Shown piece after piece: positions 18,109 through 27,570 of a DNA stretch of 64,000 nucleotides. The position numbers and the translations under genes are program-made. The DNA is from Candidatus Latescibacterota bacterium (GTDB lineage Bacteria; Latescibacterota; UBA2968): assembly GCA_965205975.1 (NCBI GenBank), contig OZ242195.1, positions 5,216,001 through 5,280,000 of the forward strand, read 5' to 3'. Below the pieces are notes generated by a model. The model was not told where the DNA came from. It was given only the letters and a program-made list of their open reading frames with translations, and ran no database searches. Numbering within the stretch: position 1 is the stretch's first letter; the number at the start of each line of letters is the position of its first letter.

Positions 18109-18905
18109 TCTTCAAGCGTTGGGCGATTTAGCCGCGTGTGATAGGGCGGTTCCATGACCGCGCGCTGCCGTTCGTTTGCCCATTCGGGTATGTCATAGGC
18201 GCGTACATACGCCATGTTGCCGGCGGTGTAGCGGGTGAGCGTTGACCGCCGTGGATGATCCGCTTTCCAGGGCAGGGTGCCGTGTGTGACGGCTTCGGTG
18301 AAGATGATTGCGTCGCCTGCCTTACAGGTGATCTGGCGGATGTGTTCCAGGTGGTTCTGGTAGAGACGCATTTCTTGTGGGCAGGGATAATTGCTTTTGT
18401 GCGATCCGGGTATGAGAGAGAGACCGCCATCGCCTGCGTTGACATCTGTGAGTTGGATAGAGACGACGGTGAGGCCGTTGTGCATTTTGCCATCTTTGAA
18501 TATGTAATACTGGTTGGGGTCAAATCCGGGTCCAGAGGAGCCGTGAAACCGATGGCCTTCGGCGCCTTTGTCCATCCAGAGCAGAAACATCTGGTGATCG
18601 ATGCGAAAGCCTTTGCCGAGTATTTCGTTGAGATAGGGCACAATGCGGGGATGCGCCAGCATGTCGCGGAAGGGATTGCACCAGGGTTCATCCCAGTGGA
18701 TGAGGCTGCCGAGTTCGCCGCGACCATGCGTGCCTTCAAGCGCGGGTGAGTCGCCGTCGAGACGTTGTTCTCTCGGGCGAACACGCCCTTTGTCGAGGTG
18801 GCGGTCAACCGCTTCGTTCGCCAGGGCGAGTTCGTCTTTGGTCAAGACGTTTTCAACGACGAGATACCCGTTGAGGTCAAAGAGATATTTTTCGTCTTCG
18901 TTCAT
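18105..18905 (-). CDS. Phytanoyl-CoA dioxygenase (PhyH) family protein
   Basis: 'EKYLFDLNGYLVV', 'DGGLSLIPGSHKSN', 'FTEAVTHGTLPW'. Confidence 0.85.
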   Translation of the reverse strand: MNEDEKYLFDLNGYLVVENVLTKDELALANEAVDRHLDKGRVRPREQRLDGDSPALEGTHGRGELGSLIHWDEPWCNPFRDMLAHPRIVPYLNEILGKGFRIDHQMFLLWMDKGAEGHRFHGSSGPGFDPNQYYIFKDGKMHNGLTVVSIQLTDVNAGDGGLSLIPGSHKSNYPCPQEMRLYQNHLEHIRQITCKAGDAIIFTEAVTHGTLPWKADHPRRSTLTRYTAGNMAYVRAYDIPEWANERQRAVMEPPYHTRLNRPTLEE

Positions 18906-18930
18906 GGTGTTAGGCTTCTTGTTTTAGGTT

Positions 18931-20376
18931 TTAATTTATCAGACTCGCATATGCCTCTCGCCCTTGGCGGAAGAGGTCTTTGACTTCGTCGCGTTGCTGG
19001 TCTGTGTTGTAGCGGCCATAGGTGTCGATCCATTTGAGCGCGTCTTCGATGCCGTTGAGAAAATACTGCGCAGATTCGTTGCGTTCGGCAGGTGGGCGTC
19101 CGCAGGCAAAATAAACCGGGCTGCTGTGTGCGTAGATCGATTGGTCAAAGCTGTCGCGCTGGTTGCCCCAGAGCCGGGCTACGACCCAGCCGTCGCGGTC
19201 GATATTTACCCGATGGCGAATGGCGCCCTCGCGTTTGCCTTCGGGATAGTTTTCCCTGTGAATGATGTGCCCATTCATCGCGATTTCGGCGCAGTGAATG
19301 GGGTAATAGGATGTGAATGTGGATTCTATGTCGAGCGAGCCGCCTGAAGGCAATTCAACTGTGGCACCCATGGGGTGATCGTTTGCGTTCAGGTCAATGG
19401 CGGGACCATTGGTGATAAAGGTGTTGCCCGATTTCATACCGGTTATCCAGTTTTCGTAGGAGAATGCACCTTTGGTGTTGACATAGACGCGGTTGTTGGA
19501 GCAGACGAACCAGTCGGTGCCGGTGGAGGCGGGCAAGGCGATGCCGCAGTTGAGCAGTTTGTACCACAGGTCGTATTCGGGGTCCATCCAGAAGGGATCG
19601 AACAGGTTGAAGGCGTCCAGTTTGCCCAGTGCCGCAGCAATAGGGGCTTCCATGCCGCGACCGTTGTGACACCATATTACAATACCACCTTGATCGCGGG
19701 CTTCGTCACAGCAAAAGCACAGGGGGGGATAGTCGGGGTCGAATTGCGCTGTGAGGATGTGGCCGCGGCTGACGGGTTGGATGAGGTTGCGGATGTTGAG
19801 GAACATGACGTGCCCATATCCGAACCCCCAGGGCGAGTTTTCGCCGTAGTGGCGGTTTTCTTCGCCGATGTCGAGTACGTGATGTGCGGTGGTAAATTCG
19901 TTCATTACGCCGATGGGATATTTGTTGCTGGCGTAGGGGAGTTGCCTTCTGTCGAGGACGCTTACGACGGTGACGTTGTAGCCTTCCACGCTGCAGTCAA
20001 TGGATAGACGGTCGTCGGGGCGGGTTTCTTTTTCGTCGTAGTGGATGTGCGTGTTGCCCGGATACCAGTTGTTTTCCTGGGGGATATACCAGCGGTTGAG
20101 GGTGATTTCGACGTCTTTGACGCCGTTTTCGGGCATTTCGACCACGGTGCGGATGGGTTCGTATTCCGTGCCGCGTTCGACCAGTATGTCGGTGCGCCCG
20201 CGTGAGGCTTGAACTTCAAATTCGCCATCGCAAAAGAAGAAGGGCGTGCCGGGACCGCGCTTGAGCATGGCGTCGCGCGGGTGGCAAAAACGACCGTTGG
20301 CGGTCAGGACGTGTACTTTGGCGTTGATGTGTTCGCCTGTGGTGCTGTCGATAATATGTCCGTGCAGGGTGCCCAT
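18931..20376 (-). CDS. CehA/McbA family metallohydrolase (PHP-like)
   Basis: 'VERGTEY', 'WYPGNTHIH', 'WYKLLNCG...STGTD', 'GNTFITNGP', 'AHSSPVY'. Confidence 0.78.
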   Translation of the reverse strand: MGTLHGHIIDSTTGEHINAKVHVLTANGRFCHPRDAMLKRGPGTPFFFCDGEFEVQASRGRTDILVERGTEYEPIRTVVEMPENGVKDVEITLNRWYIPQENNWYPGNTHIHYDEKETRPDDRLSIDCSVEGYNVTVVSVLDRRQLPYASNKYPIGVMNEFTTAHHVLDIGEENRHYGENSPWGFGYGHVMFLNIRNLIQPVSRGHILTAQFDPDYPPLCFCCDEARDQGGIVIWCHNGRGMEAPIAAALGKLDAFNLFDPFWMDPEYDLWYKLLNCGIALPASTGTDWFVCSNNRVYVNTKGAFSYENWITGMKSGNTFITNGPAIDLNANDHPMGATVELPSGGSLDIESTFTSYYPIHCAEIAMNGHIIHRENYPEGKREGAIRHRVNIDRDGWVVARLWGNQRDSFDQSIYAHSSPVYFACGRPPAERNESAQYFLNGIEDALKWIDTYGRYNTDQQRDEVKDLFRQGREAYASLIN

Positions 20377-20460
20377 AGAGAACTCCTGATTTAGGTGTAT
20401 CTAAACAGAAAATGATCGGCTCAGGAATTGGATGATGGACTTGATAAAGAGATGAGTCAT

Positions 20461-21447
20461 CTATATTTCTTGGTCAAACTTGTCAACGATTTTTTTTGCG
20501 AGAGATTGAAAGTCCTCAAAGCAACTCCTGACCGCCTTTTGTTGCGCGCCGATAGCACCGTCTGCTGGTTTCAACATGAACATAGGTTTTTTTCCCTCTT
20601 GTGCATAGGGCATGAGTGAACGGTAGTCTTTCAAGTGCGCCAAAAGATATTTATCGGTATCTATCGTCGGTGTTGTGGAGTTGCTTTTTTCCAGGACAGA
20701 TTCCCTGTATTCCACAGGTATCTTGTCAATCCATCTTTGGAAGGCTTGTACCGGACGATCTAGTCTGATGGTGTGTCGCATGACAATGTAACCGAGAGGT
20801 TTCATGTCGCCGCTGGGTAGGCTGATATCCATATCTACCGGTTGCTCATTAATGCGTTTTTTCCATGCCGATCTCCATTCTCTCAAAATCTCTCCTACAT
20901 TTCCTAAGCCTTGCAAAGAGAACAGGTCGGGCGCAAGTGGGATAATAATATGGTCGCTGGCTATCAGCGCAGCTCGGTTAATAGCACCGAGATTCGGCCC
21001 GACATCTAACAATGCCAAATCGGCTTCAAATTGTTCACCGGCACTGGCTATCAGCCGCGCAAAGGCAGTTGTTACGCGAAAGGCGCGTTCTTCTCCGTCC
21101 AAACACTTTGACCATCGCTCTGAGAGTTCTCCTTCGCGCTTGGAAAGAGCAAGGTCGCCGACCAACAGGCCGATCCGTTCATCGATTTTTTCTATATGAG
21201 GTTCCGCGGTAATGTCGCCTGTTCCTTTGAACAAGGGTGCTATGTCTCCATCAATGGTTTTTGGCGGGGTCTGCCAAATTTCTTCCAGTCTGTTTTCTCT
21301 TAGAAACATCCCGCTCAGATTGGCTTGGGGATCCAGGTCGGCTGCGATGACGCGATGCCCGACTTCATTGAGCATCCATGCGAGGTGATAAACAAGGGTA
21401 GTTTTACCTACGCCACCTTTATTGTTAAAAAACGCGATGGTTTTCAT
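20461..21447 (-). CDS. ParA/Soj-family (SIMIBI) ATPase, orphan
   Basis: Deviant Walker A 'NNKGGVGKTT', 'DLDPQANLS', 'DVGPNLGAIN'. Confidence 0.88.
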   Translation of the reverse strand: MKTIAFFNNKGGVGKTTLVYHLAWMLNEVGHRVIAADLDPQANLSGMFLRENRLEEIWQTPPKTIDGDIAPLFKGTGDITAEPHIEKIDERIGLLVGDLALSKREGELSERWSKCLDGEERAFRVTTAFARLIASAGEQFEADLALLDVGPNLGAINRAALIASDHIIIPLAPDLFSLQGLGNVGEILREWRSAWKKRINEQPVDMDISLPSGDMKPLGYIVMRHTIRLDRPVQAFQRWIDKIPVEYRESVLEKSNSTTPTIDTDKYLLAHLKDYRSLMPYAQEGKKPMFMLKPADGAIGAQQKAVRSCFEDFQSLAKKIVDKFDQEI

Positions 21448-22643
21448 TGACGTTTCCTTATTTCCGCAAGGATGACCGTATCCTCAACTTCAAATTTCAA
21501 CTCAGGGTTGCCATTTTCCTCCAATGCTTTGTACGCTGTCGAAATGCCTATGCCAAAACGTTGCATAAATCCCATATTCTTCATTGCTTCGGCGATGGTG
21601 GGATTGCGATATGCAGTAATATTTAGCGTCCTAAAATTTTCAAAATTCTCTTTTGTTACTTCGCCATAAACCGAACCCGGACTGATAATTTCTACTCTGT
21701 TGGCAAACCAATAAATTCGCACAGGCGTATTGGTGCTGTCGTAGTTTCTGTGGATTACCGCATTTCGGACCAACTCGCGCAGTGCCTCGTACGGATAGTC
21801 TGGCTCTTCAATATGTGTTTCTCCACGGGTGTTCAGAGCAATAGCGATATTTCGTTTCAGCAGGCTGTCTATTTCGCGTAATTGATCCGGTAATGGGCCA
21901 GAGATTACAGTCTGATCGAGAATGGGATCCGTCACCTGATTTCCTGCATAACGGACAAACTGAATATATGCACCCGGAAACCAATAGGATGGCTCTTTAC
22001 CCAACATGAGTATTGCCGTCACTGTTGGCGTTCTGTCTTGAGTCGTCAAACGGAGTGCTCGCAATTGTGCTTCACGGTCACGGTCATTGGCTTCCATCAC
22101 CTCGGGTGGTATAGCAGAGGGCAGGTATTCATTTTCAAATTTCCATATATCCAGATCTTCTTCTATAGATGTGTTTTTCACCCCTTGCATATCAAACGGC
22201 AAATTTCCCCATTGTCTTTTCTCCGTTAAGCGACGCTCTTCATCAGATGTTGCCTGACCGCGTCTTGGGCCAATACGTATCCAACATCTACCATCAACCT
22301 TCACTGGAGGATTATCGGATGGTTTGACCTGTATCACGGCGATTTCGCAACCATTCAGAATTTTCTTGTCAACTTCCATAGATGGAAAGGGGAGAATTTT
22401 GCCGTCATTTCGCAAACCACCGAGTGTCTGTAATAATTGATCATCAATCGTCAAGCCTGCACAACTTCCGTCATCTTTGATGCCAACAAAGATCAGGCCT
22501 GGCTTCCTGTGATCGGGCATGTCGTTGGCAAAGGCGCAGATCGCTTGACGAAATTTATCGAAATCTGTGGTTGCTTGGGTAAATTCCACCCGGTCACTTT
22601 CCCCTCTCTGGATTATCGCAGACAGTTTGTTGTCACTCAGCAT
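21444..22643 (-). CDS. Schlafen/AlbA_2 domain protein with RecG-C-like (HATPase_c_4) C-terminal domain
   Basis: 'GESDRVEF...ICAFAN...GLIFVGIKDDG'; 'YPYEALRELVRNAVIHRNY', 'RVEIISPG', 'RNPTIAEAM', 'GIGI'. Confidence 0.82.
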   Translation of the reverse strand: MLSDNKLSAIIQRGESDRVEFTQATTDFDKFRQAICAFANDMPDHRKPGLIFVGIKDDGSCAGLTIDDQLLQTLGGLRNDGKILPFPSMEVDKKILNGCEIAVIQVKPSDNPPVKVDGRCWIRIGPRRGQATSDEERRLTEKRQWGNLPFDMQGVKNTSIEEDLDIWKFENEYLPSAIPPEVMEANDRDREAQLRALRLTTQDRTPTVTAILMLGKEPSYWFPGAYIQFVRYAGNQVTDPILDQTVISGPLPDQLREIDSLLKRNIAIALNTRGETHIEEPDYPYEALRELVRNAVIHRNYDSTNTPVRIYWFANRVEIISPGSVYGEVTKENFENFRTLNITAYRNPTIAEAMKNMGFMQRFGIGISTAYKALEENGNPELKFEVEDTVILAEIRKRQ

Positions 22644-22676
22644 TATATGCTCCAGATTGTATTATAGGGCTGTTTA

Positions 22677-23096
22677 TTATAGATCGAGCTTGTCTGCAAA
22701 TGCCAGCATTTTTGCTTCAACCTCCTGGGCAATCGGTTGTAGTGTTTCCTGATTGATCTCGATCTGCTGAATCCTTTCATCCACATTTGTCGAGAGACAA
22801 AAACGCAGGTTGTGTGTCAGATCGTGCATCGCGTGCTCAATATGGTCTCGAACCGTCCCAGGAGGGTACATCCACTGTCTTGCCCGGGTCTGTTTCAGGT
22901 TGATGTGGCAATGACCTTTCCCGCCGTGTTTTTTTGCCTCGCCAAAACAATCCAGACGCAAAACTTCCTGATTGTAAGCATATACAGATGCTGCGGGTCC
23001 GTAACCGGCGCGGTCGTTCCGCCAATAGACTTCCAGCCGCACATCGTCTTGTATCGGATATGTAGTCCGATCTTGTCTGCCTGGTTGTGTGTCCAT
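22677..23096 (-). CDS. Hypothetical protein (139 aa) with 'LRLDCF...GHCH' motif
   Basis: SD AAGGGAG before ATG; compact ORF co-oriented with neighbours. Confidence 0.65.
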   Translation of the reverse strand: MDTQPGRQDRTTYPIQDDVRLEVYWRNDRAGYGPAASVYAYNQEVLRLDCFGEAKKHGGKGHCHINLKQTRARQWMYPPGTVRDHIEHAMHDLTHNLRFCLSTNVDERIQQIEINQETLQPIAQEVEAKMLAFADKLDL

Positions 23097-23291
23097 GTCA
23101 TTTCTCCCTTATTGTGACCTGTTACGGTCTGTGAGCAGCATGGTGGATGGCGTATTTTGTGATAGTGCATCGAAAAAAAAGCCATTGATATCGATCTTGA
23201 GCTTGTCATTGCGACATGGTGTTGAGCCGCCACGCGGCAAGCACAACGAAGTAATCCAAGATGCATCAGATTTTGAACATGTCAATGTAAT

Positions 23292-23855
23292 TCATGAAGT
23301 GATTGCATGTTCTGATAGTTTGCCGACAAATTCATTAGCCGGTAAAATTTCGACCTCATCGACAATTTCGCGTGATAAAGCACCTTTCAGTTCATTGGAT
23401 AAAGGATCTTTCAGATTGCGAAAAAATCTTGCATCCCTTGTCGAATATCTGCCACTAACCACGAGCCAGAACTTGTAATTTTTTGCTTCCAGCAGTTCTT
23501 TCGCGTCTTCGCATACCGCAGATAGGCGACATAATACGAGCATTGATCCATAAGCTTTTAGTCGGTTTTCCTGGCGGATGTACCTGTCGATAAATTGCTT
23601 TTGATCGGTACTTTCGAGATAATGATATTCGTTTTGCAAATTCCTGTGCTGATCTATGAGTCTGGTTTCTTCGATCAAGATAATAGTATCGTCCTTGCTG
23701 AGCAGAAAATAATCACAGCAATTACAAGAACCTAAACCAACATCTTTCCGCATATCAGGTTGCGGCGATTCGCCATCCATGCGGTATGCACGGTGGTCTG
23801 TAAGAGGTGTACCAGCAAGTTCAATCGGTTCGAGGAATTTTTCGAGATCAATCAT
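23292..23855 (-). CDS. Hypothetical protein, putative PD-(D/E)xK-like nuclease partner of the upstream ATPase
   Basis: 'NCCDYF....IILIEET' D...E pattern; ATGA overlap with the ATPase gene. Confidence 0.65.
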   Translation of the reverse strand: MIDLEKFLEPIELAGTPLTDHRAYRMDGESPQPDMRKDVGLGSCNCCDYFLLSKDDTIILIEETRLIDQHRNLQNEYHYLESTDQKQFIDRYIRQENRLKAYGSMLVLCRLSAVCEDAKELLEAKNYKFWLVVSGRYSTRDARFFRNLKDPLSNELKGALSREIVDEVEILPANEFVGKLSEHAITS

Positions 23856-25234
23856 ATCCCCTCAATGTACAGATCAGAGAAGGGCTTGGTTAATTCGTGC
23901 ATGATCTTTCCCATCTTTGTTTCAAAATCCTCTTTGACTTTATCTCTGTTGATAGGAAATTGGTTGAGCGCAATGAGTTGCTCATCGTCCGGGTTCTTCT
24001 TTACATGAACGTCCAGCCATTGGAGGATATCTACACTGTGTGTGGCAATCACGACATTTACACCCTGGCGGGACAATTCGAAGAGGCTTTCTGCCATGGC
24101 GACCTGCCATGCCGGATGCAGATGTGCTTCTGGCTCGTCAATAAAGAGAAACGTCCCTTTGTCCAGTACCTTGCGCTCAATCAACAATGCCAGGATGCCG
24201 AGGTTGGCGATTCCCATAGCGGTGACAGACAATGAGAAATTGTTGCCATTTTCCTGGAAAGATAAATTGCCGGTTGTTTCGGAAATTGCAATCTTTCCGC
24301 CTATGACATTTTTTCCGATCAACTTTGCATATACATCCGGGAAAGCCATTTCTCCGGTATATTCATACTTCAATTCTCTAGCAAGATCATAGAAATATTC
24401 AGGAACGCCACTGAGTCTTTCTCTATCTCCGAAATGCACAGGGTAATCCCGTATGTCTTCCAACGCAGTTTTCAATTTCCAGTAAATAGGTGATTCGAGG
24501 TAGATTGCTCTGGAATAATCTTGTAGTTGTCGAAGATCGAAATGTTCATTGCTAAAATAAATACGGTTGCCATTCTCAAATGCAAAACTGCCAATATTAT
24601 CAATATCAACTTGAGACTCGCTTACTTGCAGTGTTCTGATATGTGAAAGATTAGGCACTTGAAAATTCTGAATCAAATTTTGAGAAATCCTGTCCTGTAC
24701 ACCATGTATAAGAAACTGATTGACACCTATTTCTTTAATATTTTCGAATAGTTCGCTTAGTTTCCTCAATAAACTTTCTATACTCTCTTTTTCTTTTTCA
24801 AAGCCTGTAGGCATGATTCTGGCTGGCGATAACCATCTTTGTTCAAGCACCTCATATAATTCATGCATTTTGTTTACAGAATTGACGGCAATCTGAGACA
24901 ACCGCCATTCAATTTTTTCAGAAGAATCAATAGAAAAAGACCTGGCTATATCTTCAACTTTGCGAATCTCATCGTCCAGTAGCGGTAGTAGCGAATCTTC
25001 ATCCTTATAACCTAAGGCCTCTATCCTACCCAAACTCCGTCGCAGCGAATTTAGCAGACTGTTGACGTACACTATGGCATAGTCCGCGTTCATTGCGTTA
25101 AATATTGAATAGAGGAGTTTTGATACAAAACTTTTGCCCGTATTGTTTGGTCCAGCAAACACAGTGAACTGGCCGATGCAGACTTCTGAATCTTCGAGTT
25201 TACCGATATTCTTGATTTTTACTTTGAAAGCCAT
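23852..25234 (-). CDS. ABC-superfamily ATPase (AAA_15/AAA_21, OLD/AbiEii-like)
   Basis: 'IKNIGKL', Walker A 'GPNNTGKS', Walker B 'FIDEPEAHLHP', 'IATHS'. Confidence 0.88.
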   Translation of the reverse strand: MAFKVKIKNIGKLEDSEVCIGQFTVFAGPNNTGKSFVSKLLYSIFNAMNADYAIVYVNSLLNSLRRSLGRIEALGYKDEDSLLPLLDDEIRKVEDIARSFSIDSSEKIEWRLSQIAVNSVNKMHELYEVLEQRWLSPARIMPTGFEKEKESIESLLRKLSELFENIKEIGVNQFLIHGVQDRISQNLIQNFQVPNLSHIRTLQVSESQVDIDNIGSFAFENGNRIYFSNEHFDLRQLQDYSRAIYLESPIYWKLKTALEDIRDYPVHFGDRERLSGVPEYFYDLARELKYEYTGEMAFPDVYAKLIGKNVIGGKIAISETTGNLSFQENGNNFSLSVTAMGIANLGILALLIERKVLDKGTFLFIDEPEAHLHPAWQVAMAESLFELSRQGVNVVIATHSVDILQWLDVHVKKNPDDEQLIALNQFPINRDKVKEDFETKMGKIMHELTKPFSDLYIEGI

Positions 25235-25333
25235 GGCAGGTTTGATTGATAAGTTGGATGTATGCTTTGTGTTGTTTGTTCAGGGTACTGCCAGAATTCC
25301 ATAAAGTTAAGATACATATCTCAGGATACAAAG

Positions 25334-25376
25334 AAAAGCCCCGCTTTGACCATTGTTTTTTTGAGCGGGGCTTTTT
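25334..25376. terminator. Intrinsic terminator downstream of the GHL10-like gene (bidirectional form)
   Basis: AAAAGCCCCGCT-N18-AGCGGGGCTTTTT. Confidence 0.7.
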
Positions 25377-25391
25377 GTATTTGAGCGCTGG

Positions 25392-26975
25392 CTATTGGTT
25401 GCCCGTCTGGGAATGAGATCGTATCCCGCATTCTATGTGATCGACGACGATATCTTCTTCGATATTCTCCGCGGATTTTGCAATGGTCAGGCCCAGGTGG
25501 TTGTCGCCATAAATAAATGGCGGGTTTGATAATGCGATTGTACATGATGGGGATTGGTCGTCATTGGGCCAGGTCCATTTCAGATCTTGAGATGGGATTT
25601 TGGTGCCGTTGATGTCAACTGTGAGTGCGTCGTCTTTTGACAAGCCCTGTACAAAGAAAGTGAGGGTGTTTTCTGAAGGGATGGGTTCTGAGGGGAGATG
25701 TTCACACAGGCGAAATCTGAAGGTGTCTCGTTGTCCCATTTTTTGACGAGAGAGGACGAGTTCTTCTTTTACATAAACCTCGCCCAAACTTTTGCTATTT
25801 GCCCAGAGTGAACGGAACGTGTAGTGTCGATCTGGACCGATGCTTTGCGGGTCTTTTAATTCTTTGAGGTCGTTCATCGCCGCTGGATACATTGCGGGGA
25901 TTTTTGCGCCATTAGTTCCCGGGGGTTCAAACTGAGGTCCCCAGTGAAAGAAGTAATTTTGGGTCGAAAAGCCATCGGCACCTGCGGCGTAGAAGTTTTG
26001 CAATGCGGCGCGGTATTGGGGCATGTCCATGAGAAATTCTGTATCGATACTGAGTCTGGGTTGTACCTGGGGATAGACATAACAGTTGTGTTGTCGGGCT
26101 ATTGATACAAAGTCTTCGTATTTTTCGTTGAAGTCAGTGAATCCAAAATCCCCAGGTGCGACATAGTCGATCAGTCCCTCTTCGATCCAGGTGGGGACGT
26201 CTAAGCTCAGGTTTTTGCAGCCCGCCATTTGCTGGGGTACGCGTACGCCGAGGATGAGGTTCCGTTCTCTGCCTGTTGGGGAATGGGCATTGTCCAGCAT
26301 ATTGCGGACTTGTCGGATAAAGCCGGTCATGGTGCTGTGACTGTGTGATAGTTCAGCTCTGGGAAAACATTCTGCGAGACGGGTGAAGTTAAATTCTATG
26401 CCGTCTATGTCGAAGCGATTGGCGACTTCTTCCATGATGGCGAGGAGAAAGGCGCGTACTTCGGGTATGGCGTAGTTTAAGGAGCATCCGTATTTGCGGC
26501 TTTCGGGCGATGCGCGTCTTGTGGAGGGTTTGTATTCTCTGAGTACCCATTCGGGTTTTTCGTCGCAGAGTTTTTTGAAAAATTCCGTGTGGTGGCCGTG
26601 GCGGTCGTTCATTCGAAAGCCAGCGATAAATTCCATGCCCTGCTTATGGCATTCGTCGATATAGACTTCGACGGGCATGATTCCGCTGTCCATGATGGGT
26701 ATCAGGCGCTGGTGCTGGTGCCGGATGTCGTAGGGGCATTTGTCGGTTCGCCAGAACATGGTCATTGCTTCGGCGAAGATTTCCTGTACGAGGGTGTCGA
26801 TACTTCCCGCAGAGGCGTAATTGCGAACGATCTGACGCAGTTCTTCGGGTTTGGCCGCAGGGACGACGCTGAGGTGGCTGGTGGTGTTTGAGGGGTCGCT
26901 GACGTAGATGAGACGGCGTGTGCCACGGGGTTGCAAGTGGCCCAGGTGCGGAGATGATGTTTGTGGAGTTGGCAT
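25392..26975 (-). CDS. Glycoside hydrolase-like TIM barrel protein (GHL10-like)
   Basis: 'ECHKQGMEFIAGFRMNDRH', 'LNYAIPEVR', 'FDIDGIEFNF', 'DVPTWIEEGLIDY'. Confidence 0.72.
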   Translation of the reverse strand: MPTPQTSSPHLGHLQPRGTRRLIYVSDPSNTTSHLSVVPAAKPEELRQIVRNYASAGSIDTLVQEIFAEAMTMFWRTDKCPYDIRHQHQRLIPIMDSGIMPVEVYIDECHKQGMEFIAGFRMNDRHGHHTEFFKKLCDEKPEWVLREYKPSTRRASPESRKYGCSLNYAIPEVRAFLLAIMEEVANRFDIDGIEFNFTRLAECFPRAELSHSHSTMTGFIRQVRNMLDNAHSPTGRERNLILGVRVPQQMAGCKNLSLDVPTWIEEGLIDYVAPGDFGFTDFNEKYEDFVSIARQHNCYVYPQVQPRLSIDTEFLMDMPQYRAALQNFYAAGADGFSTQNYFFHWGPQFEPPGTNGAKIPAMYPAAMNDLKELKDPQSIGPDRHYTFRSLWANSKSLGEVYVKEELVLSRQKMGQRDTFRFRLCEHLPSEPIPSENTLTFFVQGLSKDDALTVDINGTKIPSQDLKWTWPNDDQSPSCTIALSNPPFIYGDNHLGLTIAKSAENIEEDIVVDHIECGIRSHSQTGNQ

Positions 26976-26996
26976 TTGGTCCGTCCTTGTTTGCGT

Positions 26997-27431
26997 TTAT
27001 GCTGTGTGTTGCGGTTGTGCGCCATCGGGTAGTGGGGGAACGTCGATGCCTGCCTTCGGCAGGGTGCCAATCATTTCCTGCTGCGGGTGTGCTACAAAGC
27101 CAGCAGCACAGCAGTAGATCATTTTTAGGGGTACATTGCCCGTGTTGGTGAGTTGATGATATTCTCCCGGGGGAATGTACACGGCTTGACCGGCTTTCAG
27201 GGTTTGTTTTTCAGTGCCGAGGCACATTTCGCCTTCGCCTTCGATGACGAAGTAGATTTCTTCCTGTGCCTGATTGTGCCAGGGTACCTGCCCTCCGTTG
27301 GGTTCGAAGGTGACGAATCCAACGGAGAATTCCTCTGTGGGGATGGGGGTGCCAGTGCCTGCAACAGGCTGTGTTCTTCTGCGTGCGGGAAATTGTCGGC
27401 CTTCAATCTCGCGCAGGTCTGAGATGGTCAT
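26997..27431 (-). CDS. Cupin domain protein
   Basis: 'GGQVPWHNQAQEEIYFVIEGEG', 'IPPGEYHQLTNTG'; GAGGAG before ATG 27431. Confidence 0.85.
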   Translation of the reverse strand: MTISDLREIEGRQFPARRRTQPVAGTGTPIPTEEFSVGFVTFEPNGGQVPWHNQAQEEIYFVIEGEGEMCLGTEKQTLKAGQAVYIPPGEYHQLTNTGNVPLKMIYCCAAGFVAHPQQEMIGTLPKAGIDVPPLPDGAQPQHTA

Positions 27432-27474
27432 ATACTTACTCCTCGTCATTACACGACAAGGTGAATCTACAAAG

Positions 27475-27570
27475 CCGTCATTGCGGCATGATGTTAGCCG
27501 CAATCCAGAGGTTTTGGGTGGTTGGGCAGGGTTCGTCTATTCGTCTATTCGTCTATTCGTCTATTCGTCT
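27475..27570. repeat. REP-like palindrome (CCGTCATTGCGGC...GCCGCAATCC) followed by GGGTGGTTGGGCAGG-(RTTCGTCT)x5
   Basis: Read directly; second copy of the element at 16001-16056. Confidence 0.8.

Noticed and set aside
20461..21447. Plasmid or chromosome partition locus
   Set aside because: No parB, parS-like array or rep gene adjacent; the ATPase is coupled to an AlbA-domain gene instead.
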